From assembly GCF_964355755.1 (NCBI RefSeq), contig NC_092671.1, positions 33,366,304 to 33,430,303 of the forward strand: DNA of 64,000 nucleotides. The letters are read 5' to 3'. Positions 12,857-27,592 of this stretch are shown one piece after another; the stretch's first letter is position 1; each line of letters opens with the position of its first letter. Source of the stretch: Antedon mediterranea. Taxonomy: Eukaryota > Animalia > Echinodermata. The position numbers and the translations under genes were made by a program. The notes under the pieces are model-generated. The model was not told where the DNA came from and ran no database searches. It was given only the letters and a program-made list of their open reading frames with translations.

Positions 12857-15800
12857 TTAAAGTAATGCTTGATAGATACCTCAAATATTTGAATCACAAT
12901 TTCATAGATTTTGAGGTGCGGATTTAGGCAGCGGATGAACAGGCAAGCATCTCTCCTAAAACATTTAACAGCCTTTTCTTTTTTAAATAAAATAATTAAT
13001 ATCGACGGATCATCTTTATCATTTATGAAATATTTAACCCCTCACTCCTCACCAAACTGGATCGGCCCCTGATTTTAAATATCAATTAAACAAATTTATC
13101 TATTTTTACAATTTAAATGGTTTTTTTTTGTATGTTTGGGTATATATGTACAACTGCATTCTACACATAAATGTTCAATATTTGTATACTATGTCTTAGT
13201 TTATTAATAATTAATAAACTGTTTATTTAACATTGACTTTGGTTTGTAATCAAAATGGAAGTGATGGTAAATTAAAAAATATATATCATGTAGCATATAT
13301 TTTACTTATGGTTACTAATCAGTTGTTTTTTTTTGTGGGTGAGATTTGTTACAGTTTTTATAAAGAATTCACAAATCGATAATAATACAAAATATTGTAC
13401 TGTTCACTGAAGCACATAATTAGGAGGAGGAGGAAGAATTCCTTGAATTGAATGGCATAATTGAAAAATAGAAAATACAATAGAGTACCGTATACATTCA
13501 AGCTGATTGACTTTTGTACATTAGGATTAACAGGCTTTGCAGTTTAGTTATCATAGATTGAATGGAGAATTTTTGAAAACAAAATTTAAACTTATCGGCA
13601 TGCATTTGGACTCTATGATCATTTTATTTATTTTGGATAGTTCATCCATATACAAAAAACAAAAAGAGAAACAATTCGGAGTGGATTCAGGAGCGTAGGG
13701 CAGCCAAAATAAAATTATGATATCGGTACTACTTTTTATATCTATTTTTGACAGACTATTATTGTATGGAGCACTCTTTGTCGTGAGTGAAGAAAATAGT
13801 TTGAACATTTATTTTTTAAATTGGTAAATGTATGAAACAATGTGAACTGTAAATGTAATTATATATGATATTAAGTTTATAGTATATTTCTGGATTTTTT
13901 TTATCTTTCTATCAATATCATATGAACCATAAAAAGCATAACAATAAGTTCAATACTTATCATTATAATTATATGACAATTTTGCTCTATATCTAATTTG
14001 TATGCGACTGGTGTTATCATCTTCAAATGGAATGTCAAATATATCATCAGCTAAAATGAATTCCATGTGCTTTCATATATTGTAGAACATTAAGCATTGC
14101 AGCATTGTAAAATATATTATATTTTATTATTTTTATTTAAAAATCAGCTCAAGCTTACTGGGTTTCTGATAACAAAATTACTTACTGCAGTAACTGTTAC
14201 TGCAGTAGAATAATTGTAACAGGTCTCTTATAAATGTATGATTAAAAAAAAAAATACAAGGATATCAATTAATTTACATAGTGTAACCACACACACTTAC
14301 ATATAATAAATGATTAAAAAATGCAAAATTTGTATTTTTTGGGTTTCAATGTGAATTTTTGCTCCCTACATTTTAATATTTGAGTTATGTTCAGAAAGTT
14401 AATAATTTCAGTACAATATTCATAATGATTAAAATAAATCTGGTGTTTATCAAATTAAATTCATAGGAAATGTGTGTATAATTTGTGCATATATGCCATT
14501 AACAAACGTTGTTCATTGGAGCATGAAGCATCATGCTTACTTATTTTATACAACTGGTGCTGATCATTTAACTTCTGCATTAAACTGCAGGCAAGAAATA
14601 GATTATTTAAACTTTATAATATGTTACTACTAGACAATATATAATAGAAAACAAATTACTTATTCAATTAAATTGAATGTTTATAAGTTCTATTATCTTT
14701 TGTAATTTATTCTGTTAGTACAAAATATTTACATAATTGCGTTATCCATTTCTTTTATTTAGTATTCATAAATGCATTCTTTAATGCCTTACTCTATAAG
14801 ATGATCATTAAATCTTGTAAATTTGCGACATTAAATAATTCCATTTTCATCATCAAATTGTATAATTCTCTCACAAATCACTGCCCTTTGTAACAGTCAC
14901 CAAATCCACCTCTCAGGTTAAAAACCACAACATTAAATAATTCAATTAATATTCATCCATATTATTTAAATGCTTTCTCCATGTTCATGATCTCAACAGA
15001 GAAATTGAATATGAATAAATACTATAGTAATTTGACAGGAGTGTAAGTAAATGGATGAAGTATGAACAAAGCTTGACTGTTGATGTAGAAGGCATGGAAG
15101 AAGCATTAGCTTAACACCTTAACAATGATTCAACCAGCTTCTCAAACATCTTGTATGGACACAAAGGTGACAATATTATAAATCAAAAATGATAACATTA
15201 TATATTGATTAGCATTCATTGACTGGCCCTTTGCCATAATTAGCTGTAATTATTTGACATAGAACCACCTGCTTGTAAATTATGTAAATCCCGCAGAATG
15301 TCACTGTACTGAGCAGCAAGGAAGACAGTTAACTGGTTTTGAAATGTCAATGGCCTGGCAAAGGGGGTCAACGATGCCTATTTTTGTTCTTAGAAGGTAT
15401 AATTATAGATTTTTCTTCAAGTCTAAAAAGTTAATGTAGATAGGGGTAAAGTTTTGGAGAGTATTAAAACAGGTAAATTTCGCCTAGAGAGAAATAAAAG
15501 AGATCAACATTTGTGATGACGAAAATAGATGTTAATACATTTAAAGGCACACAATAACAATTTCAGTTTATGATGTTTAATAGCAATATTTTCAAATACA
15601 GATTTCATTATTTTATTAATGAATAAAATTGATAATAACGAATGAATTTAAATATTTAATAACAGCTTTATATAGCTTTTACGATGCACTAAAATTGGTA
15701 ATTTGACACGTAATTAGATTGACTATCTGATTCCTACTTATTATTGATAAGCTCTACAATTAAAAAGCAATACACAAATGTCATCAATAACCAAAAATAC

Positions 15801-18270
15801 ATCTACCTAATGCTATAACTGAGATACAATAGAACTCCTCACTCATTTGAAACATTCCTATTCTAGGGACACTCCCATTGAAACAAATGACGGACAATTT
15901 GTTTTTAGTCCAACTTTGCAGAGAAAACTCCTATTAGGGAAAACTTTGTTTGGTTTGATCGATTTTTTTAAAAACCCAACCTGAAAAAAAAAAAAATAAA
16001 ATAAAAATGTTTAATTTGTTTTATAAAAAAAATTTAATTAGCATTATACGAGACATCAATGATGCAAAGATCAGCCATCGTTAACTCAACGTAGAAATGA
16101 TATAATATATTATTTTTAAAAAAAAGTATTTAATCACAGACCTTGTGTTTATACAATTGATGATAATCTTGTAGAAAATAAATTTACACACAAGTTTGAA
16201 AAATAAAAAACATAAAAAAGAATAAAAAGACACCTCTAAAAATGCCATTAGTAATCTTTATTAGTTAGCAAGACATTTTGTAAATGTGTCGTCAATGTTG
16301 CGATATTGTTATAATATGCAAATTGCAATGCTGTGCATTGGGTTAAGCGCTTCACATCTTTTCATATCCCCAGCTATCAAAGTCACATTTTACACAGAGT
16401 TCAAGGTAATCGTGTAGTTCAAGGCCATCATAAAAAAAAAAAACAGACTGCTGCATAATATGCTATCTATCCAATATCATTATAAACAAGAACATTCCTG
16501 TTAAAATGTTGTGAGGCAATATGATAACATTTTTCTAATCATCAGTTTGAACCATCTATTCAAATAGTTGACAAAAGGATAACCTTGAGAAGAATGCCAT
16601 AGGTGTTAAACAATACTTGTTATCATTATATAATATATAGTTATAAAAAAAACAAATGTAAAAATCATACCACAGAACAGCCTTCCCCCATTTTATTATA
16701 TTAGCAATACGAGCCTTCCTTTACTTTTGTTAACACATTCAGGGTTGCACTTTTCCTTTCCCCATAAGCTCAGGGGCCGCTGGGTTTAGCCAGTGAGTGT
16801 ATATATATATACTGCCGATTGTTTGTTTCATGAGAAAATGCCCACTTATGGAGAGGTGTCCTAAAAAATGAGTTCTGTTTCTCAAAATTGAAGATACTGG
16901 ATTCATTTTATTAATTTTAACTTATTTTATATTTATTTACTGTTGTAACTCACCAATAACAGGATGGAAACTAAAGTGAGGCTTTCATTTGAGGGTAGAG
17001 AAGATAGAAAGAGTTCTGAGGTACACACCAACACACCACTAGGGTCAGGATTGAAGCCTGAACCTTGGCTTCTGTCTTACTATTTTTTTCATTTGTACAA
17101 AAAAAATTGCAAATTCATGTATGTATTTTTTCCTTATATTTTTTCTTGTCTTTTTTATGAAAGTGACTCAATTTCAATAGTCTAAGCACTGGCTAAGGTA
17201 AACACATGCTACACATTTGTAAAGTTATTGTTCAAAGTTTACTTGTAAAGGTTATTTATATCACACATGGACTAAAGATCTCTGATTCAGAGTCTGAACA
17301 AGATATAAAAAAGAAGACTTTGTTTTATTTTAACCACTCATGAGAATTGAGTCCTTATGTACTTTCAAGTAATCTTGTAGGCATGCCAATTTCAATTAAC
17401 TGAAAATACAAGAATGAAAGTTGGCCTTAAATTATCTGACATCACAAAGGGAAGGCCTACAATTTTCTTTACACCCAAAAACATAACAATTAAGAGGCAG
17501 AACATGCAACTCTTCCTGTGAATATTTAACAAAGTTTGTAACCCATTACTGACTGTTATCTACAAAGGCAATGGGTGCACTTTTTACATGACTAAGCACT
17601 GTGGTGTGGACTTGACCCTTCCACTATGCTAATTTGATAGCAACTGTTGCCAGTAAATTCTGGTTATGAGACAACCCAGAGCATGTGGTAACCTGTCCAG
17701 ACCACAGTCAATCGGAAACTTAATAAGAATATAATGCTATGATTGACCAAACCTGACACAATTAATATCCTAGAACAGGCCCCAAAAATATACCAGGGGC
17801 AACTGTTACCCATTAAACAACAGGTCACCTTTATCTGCAACATCCCCACATATTACCATGGGATAAAATATGCCAAATCAGATTTTTTTGTTCATTTTTG
17901 TCCATTATTTTAAAACGATTTAAGTTATCTAAAATAGAATATTTACTGTATGTCAATAATAAAAATATAAAAAACAATAAAAATTACAAATATATATGAA
18001 ATATTAAAAAAAAATTACATTATTACTTTTAGTTTATATGGAAAATATTTATAAAAGAGGAAAAAATAAGATGTTTTAAAATTTAAATTGTATAATTATA
18101 GAAAAATGAATAATCGTAATGTCTCTGATAATATCATTTAACGATATAAGAATAATTTGGTAAATTGATTAAATCTCAATAAATTTTTTCTCTTGACAGA
18201 ACTTTCAGACAACATTGGAAATAAGTCGGCCTCTTACACAACATTTAAAAAACTAGAACTAGACAAAATA

Positions 18271-19313
18271 GACCCCATTTACACTTCAGCTTTTGGCCGG
18301 CTCGAGGCCGGCTCCGAGCCAAAAGTGCACAAGTATAAACACTCTGGTAACAACCGAGCCGGCTCAATTTTGAGCCTAGTCTAGAGTAGGCTTCGGGCCG
18401 GCAATTGTGGGCTTCGGGCCGGCACTTCGTATAGTGTAAACACTCGCGGTCATAAAATGAACGTTCTGGGTCAACCATAGTTTAAAGTTTACGAAACTTA
18501 TTGCTGATGAACGGGAATTCTTCATTGAAATTAAATTGGTGAAGATGTATACGCCTTTTTTACGAAACGGAAGACATTTTCGATCGATGACAAACAATGC
18601 TGTGCAACGAAGCGTAACCAACAGAAATAAAATAGCGTTTTCAGGGGATTTTAGGACACCATGCGGCGCCTATGCTTATACACTGTGGTGTTTTTTTCGA
18701 TGGCCTTTAAGAAGTGGAAACAAATTTTCTAATTTTTTTCAATCACACAGTTATGTAGGCTAATCTTTAAAGAACATTTTACAGTAAAAATTTTGTCCAT
18801 ACGGCTGTCCGTTGAGGAGTTACGAATTAACGGAGTAACTTGTCCTCAGAAAATAGTCTGAAAACGCTATGTTATTTCTGTTGGTTACGCTTCGTTGCAC
18901 GGCATTGTTTGTCATCGATCGAAAATGTCTTCCGTTACGCGAAAAAGGCGTATTGATCTACTACTATTCTTCAGAAAACGAGATGCAAACATTAGTAGTA
19001 AAGCAATAATACAATTGTTTTGATCCTTATTAAATACCGTTATTTGATTCTTTTTTGCTAAATTTCGATAGGTTTAAGTTTAATAATATTAACTTTTTAA
19101 GACGTTTGGTGGGCGCACATGAGCGGATACGACGTGAATGTAGCGAAATCGTATCATCGAGCACTCTTACGCGAGAGCAAGTGTAAACACAATAGTAAGG
19201 GCCCGAGGCCGGCTTTTTGGGTAAGTGTAAACACATTGCGGGCTAAAAAGAAAGCCGGCGTCGGGCCGACTTGGGGCCGGCGAAGAAATCGTCGATGAAG
19301 TGTAAATGGGGTC
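18271..19313. mobile_element. PIF/Harbinger-type non-autonomous element
   Basis: TIR GACCCCATTTACACTTCA / TGAAGTGTAAATGGGGTC, ATA/TTA flanks, subterminal GCCGGC and GTGTAAACAC repeats. Confidence 0.85.
18549..18953. mobile_element. Foldback MITE nested in the Harbinger-like element
   Basis: Inverted arms of about 95 bp (18549-18644 vs 18858-18953), ATACGCCTTTTT...AAAAAGGCGTAT. Confidence 0.75.
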
Positions 19314-20469
19314 TTAGTCTATTCAAAAGTTGACCAAAAAATAATAATTAAAGTAATAGATAAGGTGTACAATGCTAATAGGAGTATAACAGATGTTATG
19401 ATAGAAAGACCATAGTTTAGATGATAGATTAATGTCAAATTAATACTTTGTCAGACAGGGTTACTTGAATATGATTTGTTACTCTTTTCAAACACATCAT
19501 TAAAAGGTGATAATGATAACAAATATTAGTGGAATGATGATGATGATGATTACCAAGGTGATCATAAGAAAAGACTCCATTGATATCTTATAACAACATC
19601 AACGCTAAATACAATGTATATTCATGATTATTTTGATGACATGATGATGACATAGTAATGACTAAAAAATGGTGATGATGATAATGAGGAGGGCAAATTG
19701 AATCTAATAATGCCTCTAATCAAACACATTACAAAGCTAATCAAACTGATGCCCATGATGTATGGGATATCATCGCCATGGAAACTAAGCTGTAGCTAGG
19801 ATTGAACTGAAATGACCAACTGAAAAATTTTAATTACACTACTCAACTAATATATTCATACCTTGAAATACTTTTAGAGTTATTTTATACACATATAAGT
19901 TTATCTGGATAAAAGTTTAGCCATAAAATATATATACATGTTTACAGTAGGCCTATAATCATTTTTTTTCCACAAAAAGAGGATCAACATTTCGGAACCA
20001 TAATGGAAACATGAAAAATAATTTATAATACTTTTACCAGCTTTTTATAAAGAACCAATATTCTTTCAAATTTTTAATAACTATAATTAATTATAAAACA
20101 ATATATGATTTTAATATGTTTTAATCTTCTCTTGTAGTGGCCTATAATACTCATATTATTATAATATTAAGCCCATTGATTTCATTCACTAGTATAAAGG
20201 TTACTTCTTATGACTAATAATTTATATGTTGGAGGTTTTTTAATAGTAATTAGATAAAAAGGTACAAACTAATTAATCAGCAGCATTAATTACAGTGAAA
20301 TTCACAAGATCCACCTGCCGTGAATTTGTACAATATAGCAATCACTAATTCTGCTTCAACCACATGACCTACATGAAGGGCATAAATAATGAAGGATATT
20401 AAATTATTATTTTAAATATTATATTCAGTAATCATTCTTTTCTTAAATGTCATCAGGAACTGGTACTCA

Positions 20470-20770
20470 TTTTTTACTAGCTTCGGTTGGTTAGCAGGGT
20501 ATGACTTTTTTACTTGCCCGATATCGTGGGTGTCGTTTTTACTGGCCAATGTAGTTTTTACTGGCCACAGATCTAGTATGGCTAGTAATAGAAATGAGTG
20601 ATTTGTATTGTACTAGCCACAAGTAGTTTTTACTATAATAGCCATGACTTTTACTAGCCAGGAATGATTATTGCTAGCCAGATGTAGCCAAAGAAGGAGT
20701 GGTTACTACTAGGCCTAAATAGATAGGTGTATTTTAACTGGCCCAGAATTGTTATTAGCTAGGCAAAAAG
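20470..20770. repeat. Old degenerate tandem repeat
   Basis: Recurrent TTTTTACT(A/G)GCCA units. Confidence 0.55.
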
Positions 20771-21857
20771 TAATAGTTTTTAATATGTAGGGGTAATATT
20801 TCTTGGGTTTGAGATTGGTAAATATATAAAATATAATATTCAGAATTACATAACATTAGATAACAATTCTAAAAATTGATTGGTGGAGTTAGGAGAGTGT
20901 CAGCGTTTTTGATCTGAAGATGGATCAGCACTTGCTCATAAACATGATTTGTTAATTAATTAGTTTGTATAGCGTGCCAAAATAAAGTCAGATTTCTGCC
21001 AGAGAAAATGATTAAGTCATTCACTAAAACTAGCAATTTATTCTTTTCTAAATATTTGTCAGGGCGAATGTTTAAAATATATGCTTGTCTCATTGTGCAT
21101 GACAAATGAACATACCTAGGGTATGTCATCTCCGCCTGAACAATTTAAGGGTAGAAGGTTGACAAATCAGATTAGGAAATTAATAAAGGTTTGACAAAGC
21201 AGACACTTGCCAAGCATGTAACAGGAAAGTGTGGTTATGTTAGAACAGTGTTTTTTAATGCTTACGACCTACAATGACTGGCAATCATTAAAACATAATG
21301 CCAATCCATAATTAAGAAAAAACCAGACCACTGAGGAGACTGTGGTTCCCAATTTCAATATATATATATTTAACACAACTTTATATATAATATATGTCTA
21401 TTTGACCTTTAAACTGTATTTTAAATTAAAAAATGTATTGTAATTTGGTTTCTTTGTCTTTCTTTCAAATTGTGACATATATGTCGGAACATCTTAATTC
21501 TAACAATGTTAAAACTATGCATAAAACTTAGAGGGCAAAATAAATGCTGGTATTATTCACATACTGATATTTTATTATACGGTAGTTCAAAGAAAACGAT
21601 AAATATTTGTTTTATACAATAAATCTATTAATAAAATGTTGTACAATTGCCGCCAGCATAAAGAGACACAAAGGTTCATAATTTTGAATGTACAGGATAC
21701 TATTAAATATCATTTTAATGCTTCCACTCAATGATTACAAATTATTTAAGTATTTTTCGTCAACATTTCCATTCACATGGCTAACGAATGATTTCACTTG
21801 GAGGGGCTTTAAAGTTTTTTTTGGTTTTTTTTCATACCCATCCAACAGCAAGTAACT

Positions 21858-22063
21858 TGCCAATTACAGGATGGATAATCTATTTAATAGTTTATCATGC
21901 TTATAAACTAAGTCTCATTTAAGGCTTAGGGAGTGGTGTTGAAAGAGTTACAAGTTACAACAATGGCACTACTGTAGGTGATTTGTTTGTGAGCACTTAG
22001 TCAGGATTGAACCCTGGACCTTAGGATTGGAAGGCAAGCATGTTAACCACCAAGCTACAGCTC
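21858..22063 (-). mobile_element. tRNA-derived SINE
   Basis: Minus strand GTAGCTTGGTGGTTAAC (A box)...GGGTTCAATCC (B box). A related decayed copy lies at about 16950-17070. Confidence 0.65.
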
Positions 22064-23075
22064 CACTATTTTTTTTTCAGGTAATCCTGACATAAAAAGA
22101 CAAATAAATATAACGATATTCAATACAATTCAAACATACATACAATTCAATTCAAAACAATTTTGAATTCTCAGCAAATAATCATGTTAAAGATTTATTT
22201 GCTGTGTATTTTCAATTGAAATTTTCACCAAAAAAATAAATAAATTCTAAATTCATTTTCTGCAAAGAGATTATTGTTTTGTATTACTGATTTGTTTAAT
22301 CAAAAACACAAAAATATAAATTTAAATAAATTTGCAAGAAAAGATCTAACTAGGAATTAGGTAAATTTATTCTTTTTTAAATGAAAATAACAAAAACAGT
22401 ATATTAATCAATAGTAGATTATAATTTGTACTCATCATGAATTTAATAGTAGAGGGGATAGTACTTGGAAGAGTGACCTTTAGGGCACTTTCATAGAGGG
22501 CAGTAGAATCTATCTGGACATGTGAAATGGACAGTGAGTGGACATTGGTGGTTCCAAACAGATCATATAACCTCAAGGGAATAAATACTTAAAATATATT
22601 AGCTTGCTAGCATAGGGGGGAAATTGGCTAGTAAAAGTGATCATGATATTATACTGAGGGACAGCTGGCTTTTTTAAAATGGACAATAGCAATCTGACCT
22701 CAGGAAAATAACAGCCATATAGTATAGAAATATTACACAAAGGGCCTACCAAAATCAGAATATTACATATCTTTTGGTCAGAATAGAAATACCACAATGA
22801 TAAGTATAAACCACAACAAACAATAAAATCCATCAGACTTCAAAAGGAATGAATGAATGAATGTTTTTCCAGACTGAATAGTAGTGCTTAGTAAACAATA
22901 AGCAACAAACTGTTTTCTAAAACTTTGCAAATTGTATAAGAAATACCAGAGAGAAGTGTAATATACTTCTAAAAAAGATCTTGTATAATGTTAAGAATTT
23001 TGTAAAACAAATCAAATTAGTGAATAAAATCAAATTGGTGAACACATTTGAACATGTTTGATCTACATTTATTGT

Positions 23076-23279
23076 CTGAATGTCTTGGGTTTGGGCAAGC
23101 TGAATGCCTTAGGTTTGGGCAAGCTGAATGCCTTAGGTTTGGGCAAGCTGAATGCCTTAGGTTTGGGCAAGCTGAATGCCTTAGGTTTGACCAAGCTGAA
23201 TGCCTTAGGTTTGAGCAAGCTGAATGCCTTAGGTTTGAGCAAGCTGAATGCCATAGATTCGGGTAAGCTGAATGCCTTA
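23076..23279. repeat. 24-bp minisatellite, about 8.5 copies
   Basis: Unit CTGAATGCCTTAGGTTTGGGCAAG. Confidence 0.97.
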
Positions 23280-25288
23280 CATGTAGGTTTGGGAAACCTC
23301 AAACGCAGCTTACAATGTTGATTCTGTGTGATGACAGAGTGTATCGTAGGGGTAATAACCACCATAACAAAATGTGAATAATGTTACAAATTGTAAAATG
23401 AAAAAGAACTTCTAGACAATTATAGTTTATAAATAGAATGAGATGAAATTTTAAATTCACAATTACCCTGGATGAAAATTATCATTCTCTTATGAAGTTC
23501 TATACTATAGCGTCTAATAAATTGAAAGGGTGTGATTTTTGTCTGGTTAAAATGGGTGAACGTTTAATGTTTCTTTAAGAAGCATGATATGGGCTTTTTG
23601 GCACTATTGTATTGATTGAATAGTTAATTAATTGATTGAGTGATCTCAAAATGCTTTAAGCAAAATGAATTTGAAAAGGATGTTAAATAACCATAAGAAT
23701 ATAAAATAATTGCAGTGCCTTAACCACGGCACACAGTGGTGCGGTGATGGTAAGAAATTGGTCAAAAGTTACATGTTGTTGAGTTGTGTAGGGCAACTGG
23801 ACTTTTAAATTATCTTTCTGGTGATCTGATGATATCTTTGTGAAAAACTAACTTGTTTGTGCTGGCTACAGGATTGTCAACGGCCTCTGTGAAAAAGTGG
23901 TCAGGTTGAAAATTTACCAACCGTACTGGTAGCTACAGACCTGAATTGACTGGTACAGTATCATTTGAATGTATAAAGAGATATGATGAAATGTATTATA
24001 CAAAATGAATTAATATCATCTATTACTGAATATTTACAAGGTGCGTAATAGATTGCCCAAGACACCTGAATTTGAAAACATCTTTTACAAAAGCATTATA
24101 CATAGTTTTTGCTTGTAGGCTTGTCTTTTGTTTCAAACCATGCACAACAAAAATGGGCATTGACGGAGTTCCCATCCAGGAAACAGTTCATACGTTACGC
24201 ATAAAGTAAAAACACCGCCAGAGGATGACAGATGAGACTAGGCATGCTGGGATACAAATAGAAGTGTCATAACTGGATAGAAAAAAAATATAATATTACA
24301 TCATGTTTTCAAGGAAAATTACCAAAAATCATCTCTCCCTCTTCAAATGATGAAAGCATTATTTTGCTATTTTTATTTTCTCTTTTTTCTTCTTTTAAAC
24401 TATAATTATGATGTTTTTTGTGAAACTAATTTTATGGTTTTATTTGGCCTAAAAGTCTAAATATCAAGAATTTTGTGATGATGATAGAATGATAGCTAAC
24501 AAAAAGACCTTCAACCCAGCTTACCTCAAACACAGCACCTACCCAAGAAAACATTAACTTTTTTTATTCCTCAAATATATATATATTGTTTCCGTCTGAC
24601 CTTTTTAATAAAGTTATTAAACTATATTACAATATCACACAAGAAGACCAATACAAAGAACTGATCCAATCATTAAAAATGAACTAGTGGTTTAAATATT
24701 AATTTGATACATTTCTTGGAAAGGTTAAATAAAGGACATAAAATATTAAAGGAGAATTAACATGGTTGATAACCTGTGCAGAAAAGATGATGGTTATTAA
24801 ATGATTATTGTAATCAAAGTCCAAATAGCTTGTAAGTTGTAGAGTGCATGGGATCTAAAGCTGACCAAGTAAAGCTTATATGTTAAGAATTTAGTGAATA
24901 AACTCATAATGGCTACACATTTCACTGTGCTGTAGCCACAAAAATTAAGGTGGTGGTTCAGTTTTCACAACAAGAGGGAACAATCTCCTGTGTGGGCCAT
25001 GGGGTTGTCAAAGGCCTCTGGCGAAAAGTGGTCAGATTGAAACCTTACCAACTGTACTGATGGCTATGAGCCTTGCATTTGAAGTTTTGTCTACTGTACA
25101 ATGATTGGATTAACAGACAGACTGACTGTTGCCATCTACTAAAATGTGAGAATAAAAGAATATTGATACTATTTAGATACTATTAAACTCTTGTCTTCAC
25201 CAAAATAATATTAAACCAAGGAAGGCTCCATAAATTTTTCAAAATTCACTATTGACACAACAGATGTGTACAGAAAAAAGAATCTTAC

Positions 25289-25445
25289 CTTTATATCTTG
25301 GCTTTGCATTTTTATTGGCAGATAACCCGCTGTTCTTACAGTCTGTTGGACTGCGCGTCGTACTGTTGATAGCGTAGTGCGCATTCGGAGAAGTTGCGCG
25401 GTGAATTGGATCAGAATCGTAGCTTTGATCGCAGCAGTCAGCCAT
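25289..25445 (-). CDS. Probable first coding exon of an unidentified minus-strand gene
   Basis: Strong acceptor (ct)n-acag at 25516/25517, short UTR, acaATGG start. Encodes MADCCDQSYDSDPIHRATSPNAHYAINSTTRSPTDCKNSGLSANKNAKPRYK, then phase-1 donor AAAG|gtaaga. Locally GC/CpG-rich. Confidence 0.65.
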
Positions 25446-27592
25446 TGTTCTATGAATCATTTTTGTAAATTTTTTTTATCAGCTGCTTAATAGAAAACTC
25501 CAGCAATTATACCTTCCTGTAGAGAGAGAGAGAACAAATTGTATGTTACCAAATTATAAATGTTGCTGTCCTATAACAACACCAGCAAAACACCAGAGTT
25601 TACTCATAGTGTCAACACTGGTGTATTGTTTCTGCTAGTTCATTCACAATGTTAATGTGAAACAGGTATTGGGAGTCTTTCTAGTATGTGATTTACTGTG
25701 CTGTAGACAACTGTGATTTACAGTTTGTACTCTTGGTTTGGACCAGGCTGGTCATTTTATTCTCTAAGAATTGGTAAAAGAAAAATATATGTTGTCACCC
25801 TAGATCAGGTACTATTTCCTCAACTTCTGAATGTAGTTTGAAACCTTTCTAGTACAAACCAGTCAATTTGTATAATGTATATTTACATAAACAGATACAT
25901 AAAGAAACATGTACAAACATAAAAACACAGCTTAAGATGTATAAAATATGGGACACCATTATGCATTATACATTTTTAATAATTTAAAAATGTTCCCATA
26001 CCTTTGGTCACTTTGATATGTGTGTAAATACGCGATGTAGGAAACTGTATCAAACAAATGTAAAAACTCTATTTATAGAAGTCACTATCTTTAAAATATA
26101 TATTGACTTAAATACCTTTTACAAATTGAGATTTGACTGTTACATGTCCTCAATATAATAGCCATTATACAGGGTAGAGTATTATGCAGGAAATAATGTA
26201 ACATAGAATATGATTGATGATTTAAAAACTTAGCCAAAATGTAATTTCAAGTTTAGTTCTAATGATACATAGTTTACGATGTCCAAAAAAGAGAATGTAA
26301 AGCATATACATTTAATTTATATATATAGATTCAAGGTTACAGGAAACGCAGTAGAGAGATGACAAAGGCATAAAAACCAGTTCAACCAAGCTAAATAAAG
26401 CAAACTACGAGGCCTAGAAAGAAGGCAGATGTAACAAACACATGCAAGCATATTCTAATAGCCAAGCATTGTGAATCTTTATGATCACTTCATCATTTTA
26501 TTCTGAAATAATTACAAAAGTCTTCAATTAATGTTAGCTGTTCAATTGGGGCAGGGTCATGTTTTTGTTGGTGAATGATGATACAGAAATCATTAATCAT
26601 TGTTTTTTCCCTTTTACAATGATAAGGAATATACAGAAGACAAGGTTAATACATTGTTCTTGAATACAGTAAAATATTTCAACACCGAAAGATACATTAC
26701 ATTACTCAATACATCTTACAAGAATGACCTATAACTCATTCTATGCATCGGATACAAAGGCCTACTTTAAAAATCCAATTATCATTACAGATTTTGAATG
26801 GCCATAAAAAACAATACTATAGTAATTGTACAAAAACCACTAGTAATGACATAGCTTATTTCCAGTATATTCATTAATGTTATATTGTCACGTATAGTCG
26901 GTAATACATTTAAGAATGTTGTAAATGAATTTCTTTTCTAGTTTGCTGTACAAAGGCTACTTTTAGAATTTTAGGGATTTAACAAGGGTGTTTGCAGCGA
27001 TGTTGTACAATGAAAGGGTAGCTCCATGTTTAACATTCTTATTGTTATTATAAATTTAAATATATTCTATTGTAATAACATTAAAAAAAACCTCACTTAT
27101 TTTTTACAGTTGGAGCAGTAAGTAAGTTCCATTTTTCAGACGTTTTCATAACATGTGATAACAAATTTTACTTTCTTTTGATTTAAATTCGGATTTTCTT
27201 ACTTCAGAAAAAGGTCTTAAATTTACAGTCAATAATTTCCTATCTGTTAACACTACAAAAATGTCCTGTATCATCACCTTGTAATTGCATGTTTATAAAT
27301 TTTAAAGACTGAGCGACCATTTAAAGACACCTTCCCTACAATTTGTGACGTTTTGTAAAAATAATATACATTACTTTAAAAACATTACACCAGGTCATTC
27401 CTTGTCTTAAATACGTTTAAGTACGTTTTATGGTAAATTATGATAAAAAGTGAGAAACAATGCACTACCTAAGTAGCTAGCGGCGAATGACCTCTCGTGG
27501 ACGGTCTTTAGACCTAGCCTAGCTAGGCTTAGTTTTGTAGGCCTAGCTGGTAGACATCGGTAACGTACAAACATCGTACGCTAGCTATATAC

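Noticed and set aside
23048-23365. Repeat-peptide ORFs on both strands
   Set aside because: A 24-bp tandem repeat open in several frames, with no splice or start context.
23860-25075. Two similar ~85-bp segments (23865-23943, 24995-25075)
   Set aside because: They look like decayed copies of a hAT-type MITE end, not a functional duplication.
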